Shown one piece after another: positions 24,606 to 36,292 of a DNA stretch of 64,000 nucleotides. The notes under the pieces are model-generated. The model saw nothing but the letters and a program-made list of their open reading frames with translations, did no database searches and was not told the origin of the DNA. The stretch spans positions 57,474,001 to 57,538,000 of the forward strand of contig NC_043005.1 in the NCBI RefSeq assembly GCF_006345805.1, given 5' to 3'. The first letter of the stretch is position 1. Each line of letters opens with the position of its first letter. A program made the position numbers and the translations under genes. The DNA is from Octopus sinensis (lineage: Eukaryota).

Positions 24606-24800
24606 AAACGGGAAGTTTTACGAAAATAACAAAAGACGAAGGCAGGTGGAGTGCAAACAAACAATGTATTAGTATGGCGCTCAGGAATAGAAATAAAACA
24701 AGTCTTTTACGTTTCGAGTCTACGCTCTTCGACAGAAAGATACACAGAAAAGAAACAAAGAGAGAAAAAAATTGCGTGTAGGGGTTAACGATCCAACATG
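24606..24800 (-). mobile_element. pLTR at the 3' end of the PLE, ending in (TA)n
   Basis: Homologous to 38625-38815; contains an HHR motif. Confidence 0.7.
24703..24740 (-). ncRNA. Minimal hammerhead motif (A6U variant)
   Basis: TCTTT-CTGTCGA-A-GAG-cgtaga-CTC-GAAA-CG-TA-AAAGA; 5-bp stem I; GUA site. Confidence 0.65.
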
Positions 24801-24893
24801 GCGTTCTGATTTCAGGAGAAGTCAGAGATCGGAGGTCAAACGTTAGAGGTCAGACATTAGACGCTAGAGGGATAGTAGGGGAGATAACAGGGT

Positions 24894-26400
24894 CTAGTGA
24901 CCTCGTTCCAACCTGAAGGTGCGTGTGTGGATAAGAGAGTATGTATGGGGGAGAGAGGAGAGGAGGAGGGGAAGAGAAGGGGAGTGAGGGAGCAGAGAGA
25001 AAGAGAGAGGGGGAAGAGGGAAGAAGAAAGAAGAAGAGGGAATAAGGGAAGAGGAAGGAAAGAGAGTAGGGGTGAAAAGATGAAGGACTGAAGAGAAGTG
25101 GGAGTCGGGGGAGGTTAGATGAAAAAGGGGGGGGGTTAGATGAAAAGGGGGAGAGTTGAGACCAAATGGCGTAAAAGAGCGAAGAGAGAAGATTAATCCC
25201 TGTTCACGGCGCAAACGGGAATCCGGATGGCCTCTGTGCAAGGACAATCCGAACACAGACAGGTCTTCCAAGGAGTGACCGGTGGAGCGGAAATGGCGTG
25301 AGACCGGTGTGTCATTGGCCAGGCGGATGTCTCGGAGGTGTTCCGCGAACCGGTCAGCCAAGCGGCGTACCGTTTTTCCGATGTACAGGGAATGGCAGAG
25401 AGAGCAGGAGATGCAATAGATGATATTGCTGGAGGTACAGGTGAAGGAGTCGATAATGCGATAGGGTCGATGATGGGTGCCAGTGAGGAGGGTGGTGTTG
25501 GAGAGGTAAGGGCAAGTGCGGCAACGTGGGCGGGAGCAGGGGAACGAGCCAGGTTGGTAGGTAGGGTCAGGGAAGAAGCTGTGGACTAATAGGTCTCGTA
25601 GGTTATGGGCTCGTTTGATAGAGGGGAGGGGTCGGTTAGGGAAGAGGTGTGAAGTGGACGGGTCAGACTGGAGATGCCGGAAAGCTCGAAGAATGGTGCG
25701 TTGGAGAGGTAGGGTGATGGGGTGGTAAGTGAGGGGAAAAGGGAGGCGGGAGACTGCAGGGCGGGTTCGGGGGGAGAGAGCAGATGCACGGTCTACGGAA
25801 CGTGCTCTCGCGAGGGCGGTGTGGATAGTAGTGAGGGGATATCCACGTAGAATGAAGTGGCGAGCCATGAGTTGAGACTGAGTCTCAAAGTCATGGTCGT
25901 CACTACAGAGCCTGCGTAGACGGAGGAATTGGGAATAGGGGATGGGAAGCTTAGCTTGTGTGTGTTGGGGTGGGAGAAGAGAAGTTTAGGTATGGGTGTG
26001 AGTCTGTGTGTTTGTAGTGAATGGAGGTGGTAAGAGTGGAGTGATGAATGCTGACCGAAATGTCGAGGAAGGAGACAGAGGTGTAGGAGATAGTGGAGGT
26101 GAAGTGGAGGGCAGGATGGAAGGATTGAACGAAAGAGAGGAAGGAATCTAGATGTTCACGGGAGAGTGAGGTGGCACCGATAATGTCGTCAATGTAACGA
26201 CCGTATAGTTCGGGAGTGGGACCAGTGAAATTAGAGAATATTTGGGCCTCAACATAGCCAACGAACAGGTTCGCATAGTTGGGGCCCATTCGCGTTCCCA
26301 TGGCCACTCCCGAGAAATGTTGGTAGAACTCACCCGCGAAGGAGAAGCAGTTAAGAGAAAGGACAAGTTCGGCCAGACGAATGAGTGTGGAGGTGTCTGG
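24894..26400 (-). pseudogene. 5'-truncated Penelope-like element pol (RT plus GIY-YIG), one frameshift near 25960
   Basis: GVAMGTRMGPNYANLFVG, RYIDD, SFLD, IPYSQFLRLRRLCSD, CRTC, NIIYCISCSLC..YIGKT.RRLADRF.EH, P.GLN. Confidence 0.95.
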
Positions 26401-26665
26401 TTATATCAGTTCAGCAAAATTTAGATTCAAATGAACATGGTACTTAAGTCAGAGGTACCAGAATTTTGTATGGTATTATCCATATACATCCATGGGGTGA
26501 TTATAATCAAAATAAGCAACAAGTATTTCTTCGGTAAATTGGTACGATCATTTCATGCTACTTTTCATGCTACTTCATAAAATGAAGTAGCATGAAACGA
26601 TCGTACTAAATTACCGAAGATATACTTGTTGCTTACTTTGATATATATATATATGTGCATATATA

Positions 26666-26723
<58 letters not shown>

Positions 26724-26881
26724 TATATATATACACATATATATCTTTCGTTTTTCGATTTGGGTTTGCAAGGTTCGTGTGTTGAAGCATTTTGTTGTTT
26801 CTGGGGAGAATCATTCTCTTTTAGTGCCTTATAATTTAACACGCTCACCGGTAAAATTTCCACTTATTTCTCTTTTATTTT

Positions 26882-26920
26882 TCTAAAATTTTCGTTGCGT
26901 CTTGCAACCTTTTCAATAGA
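26882..26920 (-). ncRNA. Minimal hammerhead motif with U3-A8 core
   Basis: TCTA-TTGAAAA-G-GTTGC-aagac-GCAAC-GAAA-AT-TT-TAGA. Confidence 0.6.
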
Positions 26921-27500
26921 TTTGACTCTGTCCGTTATTCACACTGCCTTCCTTTTTGTTTGTTTGTGCGCATGTGTGTGTGTGTGCCTACACATGTATG
27001 TATGTATGTATGTATGTATGTATGTATGTATGTATGTATGTATGTATGTGTGTGTGTGTGTGTGTATGCATGTATGTGTGTGTGTATATGCATATATGTA
27101 TGTGTGTATATTTGTATGTATGTATTCTGCATATTCATGTGTTTGCGTGTCCGTGTTTGTGTGCTTTTAGCTATGCGTTTATGTAAGTGTGTGTGTGTGT
27201 TTGTATATGTATGTGTGTAGCTCTGTCTCCTTGTGTGTGTGTGCATGTCTGAGTGTGTGCTTTTGCAACTATGTACCGTGTTTGCATGTATGGATGTGCA
27301 TCTCCATATGTGTGGACGTGTGGACTCCATATGTGTCCCTGCGTGAAGTCAAGTGTGTGTATAAATATGGTCATGTGTTTCAGTTTCCATTTGTGTATAT
27401 GTGTGTACGTGTGCTTGGTCTGTTCATATACCCTATGTACCTATCCGTCCGTATGTTCATCTGTTTACTTTCATATCCATGTGCTTATATACATGTGCAT

Positions 27501-27540
<40 letters not shown>

Positions 27541-28581
27541 ATATATATACATACCCCCCACACACACACACACACATTCATACATCTATCTATATAACAG
27601 CCCACTAACTATTCTACTCTACCTCTGTAAACTGTGGGTATGGGGGTATGATATCTACTATGTATATTTCCTATTTAGTATTGGGGGCAACATGCCAAGG
27701 ACCAAATGGAGGCAACCTGGGTCAACTTGACATACGCATCTTATCCAAGCACCCAAAAGACCCAACATTCAGACGAATACTTCCCCAATACTAAATAGGA
27801 AATATACATGGTAGATATCATACTCCACACATACACTCAGACATGCACACACAAGGAGACAGAGGTACACACATACATATATAAACACACACACACGCAA
27901 ACACGCAAACACATGAATATGCAGAATGCATACATATAAATATACGCACATGCATATATACATATGCACACATACACACATACATACATACACACATGCA
28001 TACATACATGCATGCATACATACATACATACATACATACATTCATACATACATACATGCATACATACATACACACATGCATACATACATACATACATACA
28101 TACATGCATGCATGCATGCATACAGACATACGTACATACATACATACATCCATACATACATACATGCATACATACATACATACACACATGCATACATACA
28201 TACATACATACATGCATGCATGCATGCCATGCATACATACATATATACATACATACATACATACATGAATAATACATAATACATACACCATGCATACATA
28301 CATGCATGCATGCATAACATACATACATACATTACATACATACATACATACATGCATGCATGCATGCATGCATACATACATACATACATACATACATACC
28401 ATACCACATGCATACATACTACATACATACATACATACATAATACATACATACATACATACATACACACATGCATGCATACATACATACACACATGCATA
28501 CATACATACATACATACATACATACATACATACATACATACATAAATACATACATGCATACATGTGTAGGCAAGAGTCAAA

Positions 28582-28620
28582 ACTATTGAAAAGGTTGCAA
28601 GATGCAACGGAAATATTAGA
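28582..28620 (+). ncRNA. Degenerate inverted copy of the 26882 hammerhead
   Basis: ACTA-TTGAAAA-G-GTTGC-aagat-GCAAC-GGAAATAT-TAGA. Confidence 0.45.
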
Positions 28621-28712
28621 AAAATAAAAAAGAAATAAGAAATTTTACCGGTGAGTGTTAACTTATAAAGCACTAAAAGAGAATGACTCTCCCCAGACAC
28701 AACAGTAATATA

Positions 28713-28835
<123 letters not shown>

Positions 28836-29140
28836 AGCATACCTCACCCTACGTCGTTAATTGATTCCAGGAGACACGACTTAAGTCGAATTAACTTATA
28901 TCTAGGCTAGGCCAGGCCGAATTTACTTGTATCTTGGCTAAACCTATAATAACCATTCCCAGTTCGAAACTTTAGTTATGAATCTATTTTCAATAGTGCA
29001 TGGTTAATAAAAACCTATTTTATGCTTACAATCAAATAATTTTTAATTTTTAATACAGTACAGTAAAAAGAAGTAATCTAAATTTACCAAAGCAATTTGG
29101 TGTACATCGCGGACGTTTACAGTACATCGCGGACGCTTTA

Positions 29141-29478
29141 TAAGCCTAGTACTTATTCTATCGGTCTCTTTTGCCAAACCGCTAAGTTACGGGGACGTAA
29201 ACACACCAACGTCGGTTGTCAAGCTATGTTGGGGGACAAACACAGACACACAAACATACACGCACACACTCACACACACACAACACACACACATGCATAT
29301 ATACATATATACACACGATGGGCTTCTTTCAGTTTCCGCCTACCAAATCCACTCACAAGGCTTTGGTTGGCCCAAGGCTATAGCAGAAGACACTTGCCCA
29401 ACGTGCCACGCAGTGGGACTGAACCCGGAACCATGTTGTTCGCAAGCAAACTACTTACCACACAGCCACTCCTACGCC
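29141..29478 (-). mobile_element. SINE family A, 3'-truncated
   Basis: Colinear with family A copies. Confidence 0.85.
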
Positions 29479-29846
29479 TCTAATTCAATAATTATCATTA
29501 TTTCACAATAGTAAAAAAAAATCTAAATTATTCTAAATTGACCAATTTGGTGATTTCGTGATTTCATGATTTCATTCACGAAGCCACACTATTTCATGGT
29601 GTGTGTCTTAGTGTTTACTGTACGTATTTTAATATGATTTAATATGTTTTTATTCTTATTTATTGTAACGGTTTCCTGGTGATTTTTACGATTCCAATAT
29701 TTATGGCGGACAGACGTAAAGTCGAATAAAATGACTTACCTTGATTTCTATTTTTTCCATTTATCATTTTTGAAAACGGACGTATAATCTAGAACGTCAT
29801 AAATCGAAACGACATAAGCCGAGGTATGCCTTGTATATATATATAT

Positions 29847-30044
29847 ACTCTACTCCTTTACTAGTTTCAGTCATTTGACTGCGGCCATGCTGGAGCACCG
29901 CCTTTAGTCGAGCAAATCGACCCAAGGACTTATTCTTTGTAAGCCTAGTACTTATTCTATGGGTCTCTGTTGCCGAACCGCTATGTTACGAGGACGTAAA
30001 CACACCAGTATCGGTTGTCAAGCGATGTTGGAAGGATAAACACA

Positions 30045-30079
<35 letters not shown>

Positions 30080-30208
30080 CGGGCTTCTTTCAGATTCTGT
30101 CTATCATATCCACTCACAAGACTTTGGTCCGCCCGAGACTATAGTAGAAGACACTTGCCCAAGGTGCCACGCAGTGAGACTGAACGCGGAACTATGTGGT
30201 TGGTGAGC

Positions 30209-30209
<1 letters not shown>
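29847..30209 (-). mobile_element. SINE family A, head clipped
   Basis: Colinear with family A copies. Confidence 0.85.
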
Positions 30210-30248
<39 letters not shown>

Positions 30249-30262
30249 TAATATATATATAA

Positions 30263-30425
30263 GGCGCAGGAGTGGCTGTGTAATAAGTAGCTTGCTTACC
30301 AACCACATGGTTCCGGGTTCAGTCACACTGCGTGGCACTTTGGGCAAGTGTCCTCTACTATAGCCTCGGGCCGACCAAAGCCTTGTGAGTGGATATAGTA
30401 GGTGTAAACTGAAAGAAGCCCGTCG

Positions 30426-30471
<46 letters not shown>

Positions 30472-30690
30472 GTGTGTGTGTGTGTGTGTGTGTTTGTCTC
30501 CCCTAATGTAGCTTGACAACCGATGCTGGTGTGTTTACCTCCCCGTAACTTAGCGGTTCAGTAAAAGAGAACGATAGAATAAGTACTAGGCTTACAAGGA
30601 ATAAGTCCTGGGGTCGATTTGCTCAACTAAAGGCGGTGCTCCAGCATGGCCGCAGTCAAATGACTGAAATAAGTAAAAGAGTAAAAGAGT
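30263..30690 (+). mobile_element. SINE family A, full length
   Basis: GGCGCAGGAGTGGCTG head through AAAAGAGT repeat tail. Confidence 0.9.
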
Positions 30691-30697
30691 GTGTGTC

Positions 30698-30735
<38 letters not shown>

Positions 30736-30799
30736 TACATACAGAATGTGCGTAGGTCTTTGAGGCTTTGAAGTTAATTCTTGGTCCTGGAAATTTGAG

Positions 30800-31120
30800 G
30801 TCCTGGAAATAGTTGTTAAACCCTAGATAGACAATGTATGCAATGGAAGGCCATATGTGTTTCAGTAAGACTCAGCACTATCACACATAGGAATGGATAG
30901 CTGAAAATGTTCATGATCACATAACCCCTAACATTTGGCCTCCTAATTCCTCAGATCTCATGTGAAGCGTTGTTGAGTGAGAGGTTAATGAACACGCCCA
31001 TAACTCCAAAGAAAGCTGCCATAGTCAGAGTAATGGCCCAAATGAATCAATGATGTAGATGATTTAGATCTCATATAGAAGCAGTTGCTGAAGCTGATGG
31101 TGGCTTTATTGAATAACATT
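30800..31120 (+). pseudogene. maT-like (DD37D) transposase C-terminal fragment
   Basis: VVKP..NGRPYVFQ*DSA..HDHITPNIWPPNS..IEAVAEADGGFIE. Confidence 0.7.
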
Positions 31121-31281
31121 ACAGAAAAGAAGGTTTATTTTTATCCTCAGAGCATTTTTTGATAAATAAAGTTATTTGTTATTACATATCTGTTTTTCCT
31201 TTATAAACGTAAATCTGTCCTTAAATATCTTACGCACCCTGTATATGTATACACACACACATACACACGCACACTCACATA

Positions 31282-31328
<47 letters not shown>

Positions 31329-31382
31329 TATATATGTGTATGTGTGTGTGCGTGTGCGTGTATGTACATATAGAGAGAAATA

Positions 31383-31426
<44 letters not shown>

Positions 31427-31513
31427 AATGGGTGGGAAAGACAGAGTCGGACAGACAGACAGAAAGATCGACAGAGAAATAAATATATGGATAGACAGAT
31501 ACGACAAACTGTC

Positions 31514-31644
<131 letters not shown>

Positions 31645-33954
31645 CGTAAGTCAAGCATGTCGTTGCTGGAGGGTCGTTTAATTCTGTCTAGTCTGTTAAA
31701 AGATGATGATAACCTACACTCTATTAAATCCAAATTGCAGCTGATGATTAGGTTATAATCAGCGTTGATCTTCTAATCTTTAATCGTTAAACTACGTCAC
31801 TTCTACCCCGGACATATAAATAGATTTAACTGACGTTAATTAGTTGGATTAACTGGTGTGGTGTGTGGGTGAATAACCAGTGGTAGTGATGATGGTGGAG
31901 GTGTACGATAAACGATTGAAGAAGCAGACGACAAGAAGCATAAGACAAAGAAGGCGATAGAAGACAGGGGAGAAGTAGGAGAAGAAGGAGTAGGAGGAAG
32001 AGGGGGAAGGAAAAGATTGATGAATATGACGATGAAGAAGAAAGTGAACTAGAAAATGAAGAAGAGAATTGGTAATAGTTGTTGGGAGAGGAAGTGTTCT
32101 ACTTGTTATTGCATATTCGCAGGTTAAAACCTTCAACGAACATGATCTATGACACACAGGTTATGTGTCATTCATCGATTTATGTCATAGATCCAGTTAT
32201 ATACCATGCTTTCGTTTCCACTTTTTTAGAGCGACCGAGTTACAGTGGTTTATAGTAACGAATGCAACGTAGGAATCGGGAGATTATACTTCTCTTTCAC
32301 TATACCTTCTGCTTTTTTTTCTGTCATAGATTGTTGCAGTTGCTTTTTTTAACCCGATGTCTGCCCTTACTGAACAGGCTCGCGATCAATTTCGTTCGAG
32401 TCAGGGTTATCAATTTCCGACTTAGCAGTACCAAATTTAGATATAGTAAGGCCTTAAGCTATATAAATCTTAGAAGTGGGAGTCTTACATTAAAACAAAA
32501 ACAACTTCCAAAAACAAAAACAAAAGAAGACTGTCTTACAAAAATTTAAAACAAATATGCTTTTAATTATTTTGAGATCATTACCGATTGTCACATCACA
32601 ATCTTTATTAAGTCATTACTACAGGCTTCTTCTATATCCGGAGCTATATCGTTATTCAGTGTGTCCCTCCTTCATTAAAACAGAAGCGTGTCAAATAAGT
32701 AAGATTTAGCTGTTATTTCTGGTAGCTTGAGAAAGAAGCAACCCTCATTGGCTGTTTAATAAATCGGTTACTAATGTTGCTTAGCCTCAGGTCAGCTCTG
32801 ACAAAGCAGACCTATGATCAAACCATTCAAATCGTCATCATCCCATGTCTTTAAGAGCATCTACGAGTACATTATTCATTGCGTTCTTGTCCTGATTAAG
32901 AAGACCTATTGTCAAAAGAGTTCCAACCGTAGCCATCACGTCTTTTCCTATATCTCTATCGCATCCTTCTTTTTTGAAATGGGTGGGGACGGGGTGAGCT
33001 CAGAGAGATCTGACTGTTATTTCTAGCTGGTCGAGAGACCATGTAGGGCCTCATTGTATACCTGTCTGATCTTGCAATGTTCACAGTAGATAATTACAAG
33101 TTGTTTCAGTTGTGGAATTTTGGTTGTATTTCTAATATGGTTGAGTGAAAATTGGCTGCTATTTCTAACAGATGAAGTGACCCATAATGGATTCTTCGAT
33201 ATTTTCTTGATTAACTAGATGTGGAGGTGCGTGTGTATACGTGTATGAGAGTGCGTGAGTTTGAAGGACCGTATTAGATTGTGAGTGTGTATCTGTATGA
33301 GTGTATGTGTGCGTGTGTGTGTGAGTGTGTGTGTGAGTGTGTGTGAGTATGTGTGTGTGTGTATGTGTATGTGTTTCTGTCTGTCTATCTGTGTGCACAC
33401 ACAGGTGCACGCGCGCAGTTTACTGCGGTGTGTTTAAATGTTCATCACTTTATCATGAAGTATCAACCTCCACTCATTTAGACAGTCGTGTGTGAGTGTG
33501 TGTGTGTGCGAGTGAGTGTGTATGTTTGTGTGTGCGCGCGTATGTGTGTGTATGCGTATGTGTGTGTATGTGTGTGCATGCATGCACGAGCCCGCGTGTG
33601 TGTGTGTATGGTGGGCAACATTCCATTATCAAGTAAACACCATATAGACTCCATTATGGCGTACAAGTCACTCAGTTATACTTGTGGTAGACAACACTCC
33701 AATATAACGAAGACGCAATATGGGCTGTACAAGTCACTCAAAATAATATTTGAGTGGTGGGCAACACTCCAATATGACGTAGCCATAATACAGACTCAAG
33801 TATGGTCAAGACGTCAGACATAATTATAATATTAGCATCACGTTTGTTGTTCTTTCAGATTAAAATGCAATCTTTTACAGTGATTAAATTTTTTACTTTT
33901 TCATTTTCGTTTCTCTTCTCATATTCTTATTTTCTTTGTTTTCTTGTTCGTCTG

Positions 33955-34760
<806 letters not shown>

Positions 34761-34966
34761 GTACATGCTCTCTTGCATATTTATTTAACCCAATTGATCG
34801 CTGCTATGTGTGAACATTCACATGCACATGTTTGTCTTCGCTCTCTCTCTCTCTGTCTTTCTCTGGCGCTTTCTTTCTCATTTCGTTATCTCCATGTATC
34901 TATCAATGTTATTGTATTGCTGGTGGAAGTACTTAATTCTTAATGGTCCTCGCAATTCATCTAATT

Positions 34967-35040
34967 CAGGGGTTCTCAACCGGGGTTTATAATGACCCGT
35001 GTGGGTCCATATAAGGTTTTGTTGTTAAAATTTATGTGCA
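34967..35040 (+). mobile_element. hAT-like left terminus fragment
   Basis: CAGGGGTTCTCAACCGGGG start; partner end not found. Confidence 0.4.
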
Positions 35041-35128
35041 ATAATCAGCTTATACTTACTTAGCCATCGGTTGTCAAGCGATGGCAGACACACACACACA
35101 CACACACACACACACAACAACACACACA

Positions 35129-35180
<52 letters not shown>

Positions 35181-35198
35181 GCTCGCACGCAAATATAT

Positions 35199-35430
35199 AT
35201 TTCTTTATTGCCCACAAAGGGCTAAACACAGAGAGGACAAACAAGGACAGACAAAGGGATTAAGTCGATTACATCGACCCCAGTGCGAAACTGGTACTTA
35301 ATTTATTGACCCCGAAAGGATGAAAGGCAAAGTCGACCTCGACGGAATTTGAACTCAGAACGTAACGACAGACGAAATACCGCTAAGCATTTCGCCCGGC
35401 GCGCTAATAACTCTGCCAGCTCGCCGCCTT
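35199..35430 (-). mobile_element. SINE family B, full length, alternative tail
   Basis: 17-bp TSD CTCGCACGCAAATATAT at 35182-35198 and 35431-35447. Confidence 0.9.
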
Positions 35431-35481
35431 CTCGCACGCAAATATATTTAATTAAGGTACTATACACCTGGACACAACTCA

Positions 35482-35554
35482 CCTCCTACGCCAGGAATCG
35501 AACTCAAGCCTTCATAATTAAAAGCGTTGTTGTCTAACGATAAGGTTACGAGCC
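35482..35554 (-). pseudogene. Degenerate tRNA-like sequence (Lys-like loop CTTTTAA)
   Basis: B-box GAGTTCGATTCC; poor acceptor stem. Confidence 0.3.
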
Positions 35555-35773
35555 TTTATAGCGATCATCTACCTTGTTCTTACCGGATTCAACCGGTGCA
35601 TAACAAAATGTTGTGCGTCAACGGTTCATTGAATTTAACTTCTGTCGTGATAGACCAACCAGTTTGACGACAGGGTCTCTTCTTACATATATTAATGAAG
35701 ATTTTACATTGTCCGTATCTGCCTATAACTTTTGCTCCAGCTCCATACGCGCGCGTGCACACACATACACATA

Positions 35774-36292
35774 CGAGGAGGTATCAATAAGTTCCTGCAC
35801 TTGTTCTGTAGCGCGCCAACAGATGGTAGCACATGGTTGCATGCACAGTGAGAGTTAGCGGTAGCCTTCATGAGGCAGTGTGCCTAGTGGCAGCGCTGTG
35901 TTCACTTCACAAGTTGTGAAGTTTGTATTTTTGTGATCACTTGTATGCTGTAGTCTGCGATTTTTGTCATGGACAAGAACAATGAGCCAACTCGAAATTT
36001 TACGTTAATCTTGGGAAGTCTACAACCTAGGCATTGGGCATGCTTCGGCAAGCTTACGGCGACGAGGCAATTGGTCGTACGCAATATTCCAAGCGGCATG
36101 GGTGCTTCAAAAACGAAAGAGTATTACTAGAAGACGATTGGCGATCTGGAAGACCTATCACGAGCGTCATCCTTCGGAAATATGGTATTGTGCATTGAGA
36201 ATTCGTTCCCCAGAGCCAGACCATCAATCAAGTGTTCTACTGTAACGTTTTGAAGCATTTGAATGAGGACAATCGGTGAAAGTGACCAGATC
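35774..36292 (+). mobile_element. mariner 5' fragment with internal deletion
   Basis: TA|CGAGG..TATCAATAAGTTCC; AYGDEA..LEDD.RSGRP; GIVH.EFVPQ.QTINQ.FY. Confidence 0.75.

Larger units (their letters stand above)
26790..28705. repeat. About 1.9-kb imperfect inverted duplication with outward-facing pLTR ends
   Basis: 26790-26930 matches reverse complement of 28570-28705; 27080-27265 matches 27830-27970; 27650-27690 matches 27783-27825. Confidence 0.85.

Noticed and set aside
29735-29745. Perfect splice donor AAG|GTAAGT on the minus strand
   Set aside because: A single 9-mer is expected by chance in this much sequence; no supporting exon
33610-33830. CRISPR-like repeat/spacer appearance
   Set aside because: Repeats are degenerate, spacers are mutually related, no cas genes, eukaryotic context
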